A stretch of DNA of 32,000 nucleotides from Haloquadratum walsbyi C23 (GCF_000237865.1 NC_017459.1:2910001-2942000); one strand, 5' to 3'. Numbered from the stretch's first letter, positions 19,109 through 28,442 are shown. Numbers and translations: made by a program. The notes: generated by a model from the letters alone, not told the origin.

Positions 19109-19494
19109 GTACCGCTTCAGAAATAATCCAATGTTATGATTGTGGCGAATCATATCAATATCTTGGTCGTCAACATCATCCAGGGGAATGCCCGACATGT
19201 AATTCACATTGCGTCAGCCCGGCTGGAGAGGTTAGCATCTTAACAACTGTTGATGTGTCAGCTGGTGAGGAGATATCTATGGTAGCTGTATTAGCGATTG
19301 ACGAATGCCGCCGTCGATACTTATATCATTTTAGTAATACTGGAGGGGAAGCTCGACTCCTTGCATTACGGGTTGGTGATCAAACTGTCCGGTCATCGAA
19401 TGAATCAATTATTCCAGCCCTCCCGGCAGCTATTTCTTCGGTGGTTAAAGAATATTTGCCGATTACCTCGATACCGCATGACTCAAAGGATTAA
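19105..19494 (+). CDS. Small Zn-ribbon protein (CxxC...CxxC), translationally coupled to tfb
   Basis: 129-aa ORF, N-terminus QCYDCGESYQYLGRQHHPGECPTCNSHC. GTGA stop/start overlap with tfb plus a perfect SD. I recognise no family for the C-terminal part. Confidence 0.6.
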   Translation: MSTASEIIQCYDCGESYQYLGRQHHPGECPTCNSHCVSPAGEVSILTTVDVSAGEEISMVAVLAIDECRRRYLYHFSNTGGEARLLALRVGDQTVRSSNESIIPALPAAISSVVKEYLPITSIPHDSKD

Positions 19495-19533
19495 TTATGA
19501 CGCATGTGGTAGAGTCTGAACCTCTCACCAATC

Positions 19534-19541
19534 TTTTTAAT
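19534..19541 (+). promoter_or_regulatory. TATA-like box (TTTTTAAT) 27-30 nt upstream of the tbp start
   Basis: Read directly from the sequence. Further T/A-rich boxes lie at 19544-19550 and 19554-19562. Confidence 0.4.
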
Positions 19542-19564
19542 CCTTAAATACGATTTTTAAATCA

Positions 19565-20128
19565 GTGATGACTGATCCGAAGGATACAATCAATATTGAA
19601 AATGTTGTTGCCTCGACGGGAATCGGGCAAGAACTTGATCTTCAGAGTGTGGCAATGGATCTTGAGGGGGCAGATTATGACCCAGAACAGTTTCCAGGAT
19701 TAGTCTATCGAACACAAAAGCCGAAGTCTGCTGCTCTTATTTTTCGATCTGGGAAGATTGTCTGCACCGGGGCAAAGTCAACTACTGACGTCCGTGAAAG
19801 TCTCCATATTGTGTTTGACAAACTTCGTGACCTCCGGATTCCTGTCTCCGACAATCCAGACATCACCGTACAAAACATTGTGACATCTGCAGATCTTGGA
19901 GAAGATTTGAATCTTAATGCAATCGCTATTGGACTTGGATTAGAGAATATTGAATATGAGCCAGAACAGTTTCCCGGGCTTGTATACCGACTTGATAACC
20001 CAGCTGTTGTGGCATTATTATTCGGATCGGGAAAACTCGTGATTACGGGTGGAAAAGAGCCTGATGATGCACGTGAGGCTGTTGATGTTATTCTCTCCCG
20101 ATTGGACGAACTCGGTTTAGCTGGTTAA
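19565..20128 (+). CDS. tbp: TATA-box binding protein
   Basis: 187-aa ORF with two direct repeats, each containing PEQFPGLVYR. N-terminus INIENVVAS. The ATG at 19568 is the likelier start; the track begins at the adjacent GTG 19565. Confidence 0.95.
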   Translation: MMTDPKDTINIENVVASTGIGQELDLQSVAMDLEGADYDPEQFPGLVYRTQKPKSAALIFRSGKIVCTGAKSTTDVRESLHIVFDKLRDLRIPVSDNPDITVQNIVTSADLGEDLNLNAIAIGLGLENIEYEPEQFPGLVYRLDNPAVVALLFGSGKLVITGGKEPDDAREAVDVILSRLDELGLAG

Positions 20129-20303
20129 TACAAGTGTCTATTCGATTGGATTCTAATCAACTTATGACAGTGTATTTATGATATCTGTTATTATCCTTAT
20201 GATGCTTTTCATTTACATTGTTAGTATTGATGTTGTCTGTGAGATTCAATGCTTCAAAACATCGAATTATCTATCATTGTGATTCTCATCTTAGCGAGTA
20301 TCA

Positions 20304-20810
20304 ATGAATATCATCTTAGCTGTTTGGTCTCTGTTGAAGCAGGCAATATCCATATCGATTACTCAATTGTGTTCTCAATTGATCACGATAACATCGAAAG
20401 TGGTAGCACTGCCTATTCAATTAGATGGATTCGGGGCGTTTGTGATCTCGACTCTGCAGGTAACCGCCAGTCCAATTCGAATCGCCGGCACAGTCGCATC
20501 GTTTGCATTGTTTCTTAGCATCACCGGACATATTGCCGCACGGAACGTTCTTGGGGACGTCCCAATACGAAATGCGTTCGTTATTGGGGCTGTTCCAGCA
20601 CTTATTGCTGTTATTGTGACAACGTTCGATATTAACTCATTTATCGGACTTATATCAGCTATCATACTTGATTGGGCAGTTATTCGGACATTCTATGAGC
20701 GATCAATTACGATGAGTGCATATATTACACTCATTCATTTTGTGGTCAGTGTTATTCTTGCTGCAGTTCTTTTCGGTATTTTCGCCCTTATTGGAAGCCT
20801 TCCAGGGTAA
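20304..20810 (+). CDS. Hypothetical integral membrane protein
   Basis: 168-aa ORF. The C-terminal ~110 residues form about four hydrophobic helices (FALFLSITGHIAARNVLG..., AVPALIAVIVTTF, IGLISAIILDWAV, VVSVILAAVLFGIFALIGSL). Start uncertain; no family recognised. Confidence 0.5.
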   Translation: MNIILAVWSLLKQAISISITQLCSQLITITSKVVALPIQLDGFGAFVISTLQVTASPIRIAGTVASFALFLSITGHIAARNVLGDVPIRNAFVIGAVPALIAVIVTTFDINSFIGLISAIILDWAVIRTFYERSITMSAYITLIHFVVSVILAAVLFGIFALIGSLPG

Positions 20811-20862
20811 AAAACATCTTAAGATAAACCCTACAAATGGAGTATTCGCGGGCGCTAAGCCC

Positions 20863-20888
20863 CTCTCTTGATGGAGCGATCAAGAGAG
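20863..20888. repeat. Perfect 10-bp hairpin (ctctcttgat-ggagcg-atcaagagag) between convergent genes
   Basis: Read directly from the sequence. It lies between the membrane-protein stop (20810) and the hisG stop (20981). No adjacent oligo-T run. Confidence 0.7.
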
Positions 20889-20980
20889 CAGGTAAGATTA
20901 AGATATAGCGTCGTCAGCATCATTGGATCGTGTACTATTGGTATCACACTGTATCAGAAAGCGGCTCTATATGCTCAAGA

Positions 20981-21826
20981 TTATTCAACCAATCGCTCAA
21001 TCTCGGTGACAAGGATGCCAGATGCTCCGACAGTCTTGAGTTTACTCACAATTTCGAAGACATCGCGTTCATCTACCACAACGTGAACTGCAACAGTATC
21101 TTCGCCAGCGACATCCATTACTGTTGGACCCCCAAGCCCAGGGATAACCTCACGCACTGCATCAAGTCGATCTTGTGGAGCGTTCATCATTAGATATCGC
21201 TTTCCTTCAGCAGCAAGCACTGAATTAAATGCCGTAACTAATTGTTCGACTTTTGAGTCGTCAACCCGCTCTGGATGTGCATAAAGTCGGACTGAAGACT
21301 CAAGTACCTCATCAATAACTGTGAGTCCATTCATACGAAGCGTCGTTCCTGTTGAGGTTATATCAACAATAGCGTCTGCCATCTCAACGTGCGGGGTTAA
21401 CTCAGTCGCTCCTGTCACTTCAACAATCTCAGCGTCAACTGCATTATCTTTCAAATACTGACGCGTCACTCGCGGGAATTCTGTTGCGACACTCCCACCT
21501 GCGACATCTGCAGGGCTACTCAATGCTCCGTCTTCAGGAGCAGCTAATACAAGTTGACACCGACCGAATTCAAGATCAACAAGTTCGATAAGGTCACACC
21601 CGGACTCAATGACCTGATCACGGCCAGTGATACCGACGGCGGCAGCCCCATCGCGCACATACTGTGGAATGTCCGCAGCACGAGCGAAGAGCAACCGGAC
21701 GTCAGGATCAACAGTATCGGCATACAGCTTTCTTTCTGCTGCCCCCTCAACATGGAGTCCAGCTCGTTCAAGCAAGGTGACACTGGGATCGTGTAAACGG
21801 CCCTTATTCGGGACGGCAATGCGCAT
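20981..21826 (-). CDS. hisG: ATP phosphoribosyltransferase
   Basis: 281-aa ORF, N-terminus [24 protein letters not shown]. Long-form HisG with a C-terminal regulatory domain. Confidence 0.95.
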
Positions 21827-22082
21827 AATCAGAGCCTCACTAGCCTGAAACCTAGCACTTTCGTTCTTGCTGTGTAACTCGGATGCAGAACAGGACCAAA
21901 CGCCTGAGTGGATTTATCTGAAATGAACTTTCTCTACTCAGTTATCTCTGTTATCAACCGGCTTCGAACCTTTCTTTTCAGCCAAATCGAATCCATCTAT
22001 AAGATATCGTGATATAATATATCGATAGTTCAATCATCTCGATGTCCGTGGACTGATAATCGGGGTAGTATAAGAATAATAT

Positions 22083-23414
22083 ATGACGACTGAGACACTT
22101 ATTATAACTGGAGGACATGTACTCCAATTAGGACAGGATCCTGGGATTATCGAAGCCAATATACGTGTTAATTGTATAACTGGTAAGATTACTAATATCG
22201 ATGAAGATCCCGTTTCAGCACAGCAAAGAGACGCTGACGATGAGATAATCCAGACACTTGATGCAGCAGGATGTGTTGTGATGCCTGGGTTAGTCAATGC
22301 GCACACACATGCTGCGATGACGTTACTTCGAGGATACGCTGATGACAAGCCGCTTCAAGCGTGGTTACGCGAGGACATTTGGCCTGCAGAGGCTGAAATG
22401 ACGCCTACAGGCGTTCGTGCTGGGACAGAACTTGCAATCGTCGAGATGATTAGATCAGGAACCACAGCCTTTGCAGATATGTATTTTCACGTACCTGAGG
22501 TTGTTGCAGCCATTAAGAACGCTGGTGTGCGTGCTCGAGTCGGTCATGGCATTGTAACTGCAGGCAAAGACGATGAGGCTGCTCGTAATGATCTCAATAA
22601 GGGTCTTGAGGTTGCACAAGCATATGATGGGGCTGCTGATGATCGAATTCAAACAGCATTCATGCCACACTCATTGACTACTGTGGGAGAGGAATATCTT
22701 CAGGAGGCTGTCAGCGAAGCACGGCAGGATAATATTCCAATTCATTATCATGCGAATGAAACACGGTCTGAGGTCGATCCAATTGTAGATAATCATAATA
22801 AACGACCATTGACATATGCTTCAGGACTTGACATGCTCTCTTCATCAGATTTCCTTGCTCATGGCGTTCATCTTGAAACGGATGAAATCGATCAACTTGC
22901 AGAAGCAGGCGCGTCTCTCGTTCACTGTCCAGCCTCAAATATGAAACTCGCATCTGGAATCGCACCCATTCCTGCACTACTTGACGCTGGGGTGACTGTT
23001 GCACTCGGAACAGACGGGGCTGCGTCAAATAACGATCTTGATATGTTTGATGAACTTCGCGATGCTGCGATGCTCGGGAAAATTGGGGCTGATGATGCTG
23101 CTGCAGTTCCAGCCGCACAAGCAATTCACATGGCAACAGCAGGTGGTGCAGATGCACTTGGACTCCCTGGCGGGCAGATAAAAGAAGGGGCTGTTGCTGA
23201 TCTTATTGTCGTTGATTTGGACTCCCCACATCTTACACCAACGCATAATATCATCAGTCATCTTGCATACGCGGCTCGCGGAAGTGATGTCAAACATACC
23301 GTCTGTGATGGGACTGTATTGATGCAGAATCGAGAAATACAGACGATTGATGTTGATGCAGTCGTCGAGACTGCAGAAACACAAGCTCAGTCACTTATCC
23401 AACGAATGTCGTGA
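22083..23414 (+). CDS. mtaD: 5-methylthioadenosine/S-adenosylhomocysteine deaminase (amidohydrolase superfamily)
   Basis: 443-aa ORF with the metal-binding LVNAHTHAAMTLLRGYADD, plus HANE and GTDGAASNN motifs. Confidence 0.9.
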   Translation: MTTETLIITGGHVLQLGQDPGIIEANIRVNCITGKITNIDEDPVSAQQRDADDEIIQTLDAAGCVVMPGLVNAHTHAAMTLLRGYADDKPLQAWLREDIWPAEAEMTPTGVRAGTELAIVEMIRSGTTAFADMYFHVPEVVAAIKNAGVRARVGHGIVTAGKDDEAARNDLNKGLEVAQAYDGAADDRIQTAFMPHSLTTVGEEYLQEAVSEARQDNIPIHYHANETRSEVDPIVDNHNKRPLTYASGLDMLSSSDFLAHGVHLETDEIDQLAEAGASLVHCPASNMKLASGIAPIPALLDAGVTVALGTDGAASNNDLDMFDELRDAAMLGKIGADDAAAVPAAQAIHMATAGGADALGLPGGQIKEGAVADLIVVDLDSPHLTPTHNIISHLAYAARGSDVKHTVCDGTVLMQNREIQTIDVDAVVETAETQAQSLIQRMS

Positions 23415-23439
23415 TTCTTTTTACATCAAGATTATATTA

Positions 23440-23684
23440 TTATAGATCAAATATATCGCATTGTGTGATACTTGAAGTGTTGCCACAAGGTATTATTATC
23501 CAAAATAGACTTACAGAGTTGTTCTCAGAAACTGTGGAACGGTTCAATCACGAGGTCGTGTCGATGATAATCACTACCGAATACGTTCAGTTGTCTGTAG
23601 AAATTGACCCGATGTGGAATGGTACAGTTTACACTTTCTGAAGATGAATGCGTGGTTCATCAATATGTCAAACAGCTAGAATAG
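23440..23684 (+). pseudogene. Decayed IS200/IS605-family tnpA (HUH/Y1 transposase) relic
   Basis: The frame of ORF 23411-23641 gives RLTELFSETVERFNHEVVSMIITTEYVQLSVEIDPMWNG. This aligns without gaps to my recollection of IS608 TnpA (RLKEIIQEVAKELRVEIIEMQTDKDHIHILADIDPSFGV), with the HUH motif replaced by Y-V-Q. A +1-shifted frame ending at 23684 gives FTLSEDECVVHQYVKQLE*, resembling the C-terminal ...VVKQYIENQ helix. About 45 central residues are missing. Confidence 0.45.
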
Positions 23685-23821
23685 TAAGCGAGCATGTGCG
23701 GTTAAGTCACAAAGTAGGTGACCCATCGAACTCTCGCTGTTTTCTTTATTTTCTCCAGCATTAAATGCAAAATTAATCCTCGGTCGGTAGCGTTTTGACT
23801 ATTCTCATCTATAATTAAGAC

Positions 23822-25120
23822 ATGAGCGCGTATTCCCCTCTCAGTGCACAACTTGACGCTGACACTGATGTCGATGTTGAAAGCACACGAACAGAGGGAC
23901 GTCGGAAGATGGAGTGGACGCTGCAACATATGCCAATTCTGCAGGAATTGCGGGCACGGTTTGCCGAAACAAAGCCACTTGCTGGGGAGACAATCGGCAT
24001 GGCGATGCATGTCGAAGCAAAGACAGCGAATCTTGTTGAGTTGCTCGCGCTAGGCGGGGCTGAGGTCGCGATTACCGGTTGTAATCCATTATCAACGCAT
24101 GATGATGTGAGCGCTGCACTGGATTCGAATGAAAACGTCACTTCATACGCGAAACGTGGTGTTGATGAAGAAGCGTATTATGACGCAATTGAGGCTGTCG
24201 TTGCACATGAGCCGACAATCACCATCGATGATGGGATGGATATGGTTTATGCAATTCATGAAGATCATCCCGATCTCCTTGATACAATTATCGGGGGTGC
24301 AGAGGAAACAACGACCGGAGTGCATCGATTGCGAGCGATGGATGAAGATGATGAACTTCAATATCCTGTATTTGCAGTCAATGATACCCCGATGAAGCGA
24401 TTGTTTGATAATGTCCATGGGACCGGTGAGTCAGCACTCGCCACAATTGCAATGACGACGAATCTCTCGTATGCTGGCAAGAATGTCGTCGTTGCTGGTT
24501 ACGGCTACTGTGGAAAAGGCGTCGCACAAAAGGCTGCTGGGCAGAACGCGAATGTGATTGTGACCGAGGTCGAGCCTCGGCGGGCGCTGGAAGCACACAT
24601 GGAAGGATATGAAGTGATGCCAATGAATGAAGCAGCCACTCGTGGTGATGTCTTTGTCACAACGACTGGAAATCGTGATGTTATCACACAGGAAGATTTC
24701 GAAGTGATGAGTGACGGTGCTATTCTTGCAAATGCAGGTCACTTTGACGTTGAAATTAATCTCGAGGAGCTCTCAGAGCTTGCTATTGACACGTATGAGG
24801 CTCGTGACGGTGTGCAAGCATATGAACTGGCTGACGGACGCCGTCTCAACGTGCTTGCAGAAGGACGATTAGTCAACCTCGCAGCACCAATTGCACTTGG
24901 TCATCCAGCTGAGGTAATGGATCAGTCATTCGGCATTCAAGCAGTTTGTGTTCGTGAACTTATCGAAAATAAGTCATCATACGATGCTGGTGTTCATAAT
25001 GTCCCAGATGAACTTGACCGTGAGGTCGCGGAGATTAAACTCGAAGCCGAGGGAGTCGACATCGATTCACTGACTCAAACGCAATCAGAATATCTTGATA
25101 GCTGGAGTCACGGAACATAA
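23822..25120 (+). CDS. ahcY: Adenosylhomocysteinase (SAH hydrolase family)
   Basis: 432-aa ORF with EGRRKMEWTLQHMPIL, MHVEAKTANL, the NAD-binding VVVAGYGYCGKGVA, and NAGHFDVEI. Confidence 0.95.
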   Translation: MSAYSPLSAQLDADTDVDVESTRTEGRRKMEWTLQHMPILQELRARFAETKPLAGETIGMAMHVEAKTANLVELLALGGAEVAITGCNPLSTHDDVSAALDSNENVTSYAKRGVDEEAYYDAIEAVVAHEPTITIDDGMDMVYAIHEDHPDLLDTIIGGAEETTTGVHRLRAMDEDDELQYPVFAVNDTPMKRLFDNVHGTGESALATIAMTTNLSYAGKNVVVAGYGYCGKGVAQKAAGQNANVIVTEVEPRRALEAHMEGYEVMPMNEAATRGDVFVTTTGNRDVITQEDFEVMSDGAILANAGHFDVEINLEELSELAIDTYEARDGVQAYELADGRRLNVLAEGRLVNLAAPIALGHPAEVMDQSFGIQAVCVRELIENKSSYDAGVHNVPDELDREVAEIKLEAEGVDIDSLTQTQSEYLDSWSHGT

Positions 25121-25235
25121 CTCTGAGCAAGTAGTTCACAAATACCCACCTGTCTCGGTCTCGTATTATCTTATCATTCCTACTTTGATTCCAATATATG
25201 AAGTCAGGTATTGCAACGGAGTACAGCAAAGGATT

Positions 25236-26708
25236 TTATTTATATCCAAGAGCAGACAGTCTGGCTTCGACTGCATTGTTTGTTGCAGCAGTATCATTGT
25301 GATTATTATCTTCTGTCGTCCCATCAGTATCTGTCCTCGCCTGCCGGAGTTTGACAACGTGTTCAGCAGCAATTGTTGCAAATCGATCGATGACTCGTCG
25401 TTGTCGCGCTGTTGGGTCAACACTCAGATCAGTCTGTTGTGTAGGGTCCGCAGGACGATAATATAGTTCTATCTGCTCAGAATCAACGTGTTTGATGTAT
25501 GTCCATGTTTGATCGCGAACGCTCACAAGTAATTCACCATCTTCGATTCGTCTTGGAATAGGTTGTGTAGTGACTGTTTCCCCGCGAACCGCAACGGAAA
25601 CAACAGGGTCAGGAGTTGAATGTCTATCACCGGTAATAGCTGGCAAAAGCGATGAACCAGTCCACGATGATGATGGACCAATATCAAATAACGATGCAAT
25701 CGTTGGAGGGATATCATCAAGTCCGACCTGCTCTCTCACTCGACGGGGTTGTTGCGTTGAGAAAGAATTGGGAAGCTCAATAAGTAGTGGAACTTGAATT
25801 AGTTCATCATATAGCTTTGGATAGTGTGCGAGATGTCCATGTTCTTGAAACTCTTCACCGTGGTCACCAGCAATAATAAATGCAGTCTTATTGGCATGTT
25901 TTGTCGTGTCAAGAGTTTCACGAACTCGACCGATACTCGCATCAATCTGTCGAACAGCCGCTTGATAGAGCGTCCGAAGATCTCTAAGGGTCCGATTACC
26001 AACTTCGCGACCCAGCCCAGTTCGAGTATGTGCAAATAGCATACGATGAGTGCCAACAAGCCCATTAGATACCTCTCGGATATATCGCGGAGCAGGAACA
26101 TATGGGGTATGAGTATCCATATAATGTATCCAGATAAAGAATGGTGACTCGGTCTCAGTGATGAATGACTGCGCAGCACGCTCAACATCAAACAATCGAG
26201 AGGCATCAAAAAAGGGGCGATCATGTGAGCCACTAGTGAAAGCAGACCGAAGTCTTCTGAAAGGGGCTCCAGCGAGTTGGAGCCATGCTTCAATTGTTGG
26301 ATGCGTTGCAAGATATCGACTATAGATACTTGATCCAACAGATGCAACGAATGAGTCGAACGTATCGAAGCCGGCATCATATCCCCAATGTTCAGTAAGG
26401 AATCCATTCGCAGCGTTGAATCCACCAGTAGCAATGCCGGCATCGGCGAGTGTTTGTGCAAGTGTTGGAACCGCCCCAACGCCGATCTCTCCTGTATCAG
26501 CAAAAACTGGACGCGAAGCAAGAAGCGATGGGAATGAGAATGGTGTCCAATTGCCTGTTGCAAATGCGTGCTCAAACGTGGTCCCCCTAGCAGCAATCTC
26601 ATCCAGTACTGGAGTTTGTTGATCGTCATTATACGGACCGATTGCGTCAGCTCGCAATGAGTCAGCAGTAATGAGAACGACGTTTGAGACGGATGTGTCC
26701 GTACTCAT
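25236..26708 (-). CDS. Sulfatase-like hydrolase/transferase (alkaline-phosphatase superfamily)
   Basis: 490-aa ORF with N-terminal NVVLITADSLRAD and central IIAGDHGEEFQEHGH, both typical of the family. I did not see a canonical C/S-x-P-x-R formylglycine motif. Confidence 0.8.
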   Translation of the reverse strand: MSTDTSVSNVVLITADSLRADAIGPYNDDQQTPVLDEIAARGTTFEHAFATGNWTPFSFPSLLASRPVFADTGEIGVGAVPTLAQTLADAGIATGGFNAANGFLTEHWGYDAGFDTFDSFVASVGSSIYSRYLATHPTIEAWLQLAGAPFRRLRSAFTSGSHDRPFFDASRLFDVERAAQSFITETESPFFIWIHYMDTHTPYVPAPRYIREVSNGLVGTHRMLFAHTRTGLGREVGNRTLRDLRTLYQAAVRQIDASIGRVRETLDTTKHANKTAFIIAGDHGEEFQEHGHLAHYPKLYDELIQVPLLIELPNSFSTQQPRRVREQVGLDDIPPTIASLFDIGPSSSWTGSSLLPAITGDRHSTPDPVVSVAVRGETVTTQPIPRRIEDGELLVSVRDQTWTYIKHVDSEQIELYYRPADPTQQTDLSVDPTARQRRVIDRFATIAAEHVVKLRQARTDTDGTTEDNNHNDTAATNNAVEARLSALGYK

Positions 26709-27025
26709 AGCTACCTCACTACATGAACGGACGAAGTCTTCCGGGACGATAGCATATATGAATTTTATTGAGACCGCAAAAATAGAACCATCGGTCGAAA
26801 TCTACCGACGATGATCCATCTTCATGTCGATGTTCTTATACAGTATCTGTTAGTTTGGACTCAAGCTAAAATATACCTGATATAGGTTAATATGGTGATG
26901 ATTGATCGCTATATTAATATTCTCTCTTGGTATATAAGAGAAAGCCGAATAGCATACCGTTAGGAGAATATATATGACGAATAAGCTGAAGAAGAGTCAG
27001 TTCATCTCAAACGATCAGTACTATA

Positions 27026-27098
27026 TGGGATCGCCCGGATTCGAACCGGGGTCACGGGCACCCAAGGCCCGGAGTATACCAAGCTAACCCACGATCCC
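27026..27098 (-). tRNA. tRNA-Pro (anticodon UGG)
   Basis: Hand fold of GGGATCGTGGGTTAGCTTGGTATACTCCGGGCCTTGGGTGCCCGTGACCCCGGTTCGAATCCGGGCGATCCCA: 7-bp acceptor stem; T arm CCCGG-TTCGAAT-CCGGG; anticodon arm CGGGC-CTTGGGT-GCCCG with U33, UGG and G37; U8, A14 and GG in the D loop. The D stem is weak (one G-U pair and one mismatch). CCA is not encoded. Confidence 0.9.
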
Positions 27099-27197
27099 TC
27101 TATTATAAGATAAATCGACTGCGACTAAAGAATTTCGTTTAGCGATCATCTCGTCGATAGAAGTTCGAACACTGATCTAGGTATTAACCATTATCGA

Positions 27198-27755
27198 TTA
27201 AACCAGAATCTGCACAACAAGAAATAGCACAATAACACCCAGAACGTCGCAAATATTCGTTACGGCGGGCAAAACGACATCGTCCGGGTCAAGTTCCAGT
27301 TGATACGCGAGGTACGTTGTAATGACCGTAACGCACGTTGCAAGAACGGCAAGGCAAACACCAGCAAGAAGTGCAATAATAACAACCCGCCAGAGTTCAA
27401 GACGTGTCATCCCGGTAAGCGCCGTGAGACTCCATGCACCGATACCAACAATTGGGAAGATAGACACTGAAAGTGCAATTGTCGCTAGTGCATTTCCGGT
27501 GAGTGTGTCGTCTCGAATATCAAATGAAAGTGTTCCAAGGTGAAATGCAGTTGAAAGCCGAGCAGCTAGAATACTCCCAAGGTTTCCGGCGGTTCCAATC
27601 GTTACTGGAACGAGTGCAAGAAGTGTTGGGTACCGGAGCAGTTGTGCCTCAAATCTATTGAGCACAAGTCCACTTCCAACTTCAACTAATGTCAGTAATA
27701 CCAAGATTGGGAACATGGCCCAAGTAATTGCTCGAACTGTCCATGCAGTCGGCAC
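27198..27755 (-). CDS. MgtE-family (divalent cation transporter) membrane-domain protein, half-size, downstream member of a pair
   Basis: 185-aa ORF of 4-5 TM helices with PVTIGTAGNLGSILAARLST, matching the MgtE TM-domain signature. The GTG start at 27755 abuts the upstream TAA. SD GGAGGTG (reverse complement of 27764-27770) lies 8 nt upstream. Confidence 0.8.
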   Translation of the reverse strand: MPTAWTVRAITWAMFPILVLLTLVEVGSGLVLNRFEAQLLRYPTLLALVPVTIGTAGNLGSILAARLSTAFHLGTLSFDIRDDTLTGNALATIALSVSIFPIVGIGAWSLTALTGMTRLELWRVVIIALLAGVCLAVLATCVTVITTYLAYQLELDPDDVVLPAVTNICDVLGVIVLFLVVQILV

Positions 27756-28361
27756 TTAGCTGACACCTCCAACAGCCGAAACAAGACGAACAGCGGCAAG
27801 TAAAAATAACATACCAAATACATCACCAGTCGTCGTAACAAGCGGTCCGACCAACGCATCAGGATTGTATCCACGACGATATCCGATAATAACGGCTGTA
27901 ATGACGGTGATGATAAGCACCCCACCAGAAAGGAGCCCAGCGAGAAGTGCAATTGCGATTAATATTAAAACTGAGGCAACAGATGTTTCAAGTATCGTAA
28001 GTATCAAAAAGACAGCAATTGCAGCGAACACCGATGCTGCAAGACCATTCATTAGAGCCGCCGTCGCCGCCGCGGTAAGACGGGTATCAACACCGCGGAG
28101 TCGAGGTTCGATTAATCCTTGATGAAGCCCCGTTGAAATTCGAGCACCAAGTGATCCATAGACATTCCCTCGCGTGGCTAATAATGCTGGGACGAGAACC
28201 AGTAGTCCGGGAACCGCGCGGAGTTCTGAGCGCATACCGCCAAGAACGACACCCGCAAGAAGACCACCAATGAGACTCGCGAGAAGGGCTGGGATAGCTT
28301 CGCGATATGCCTCGCGCGCAGCGTCACGAACAGTCACGTCTGTGGCGATGATATCAAGCAT
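27756..28361 (-). CDS. MgtE-family membrane-domain protein, half-size, upstream member of a pair
   Basis: 201-aa ORF with VPALLATRGNVYGSLGARISTGLHQG, paralogous to the downstream ORF. Confidence 0.8.
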   Translation of the reverse strand: MLDIIATDVTVRDAAREAYREAIPALLASLIGGLLAGVVLGGMRSELRAVPGLLVLVPALLATRGNVYGSLGARISTGLHQGLIEPRLRGVDTRLTAAATAALMNGLAASVFAAIAVFLILTILETSVASVLILIAIALLAGLLSGGVLIITVITAVIIGYRRGYNPDALVGPLVTTTGDVFGMLFLLAAVRLVSAVGGVS

Positions 28362-28442
28362 AAAAAGATGTGCGTCACCGTTATGATAGGACTGTTACTC
28401 AAACACGGTGAAGACTAGCCGGTAAGAGCAACCAAAACGTAA

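Noticed and set aside
22034-22348. 104-aa minus-strand ORF opposite the mtaD start
   Set aside because: It is antisense to a motif-bearing gene and has a low-complexity Ser/Ile-rich translation.
25799-26629. 276-aa minus-strand ORF inside the sulfatase-like gene
   Set aside because: It is an alternative frame of a gene with clear family motifs. Its composition is His/Leu/Arg-rich and non-acidic. It is an overlapping-frame artefact.
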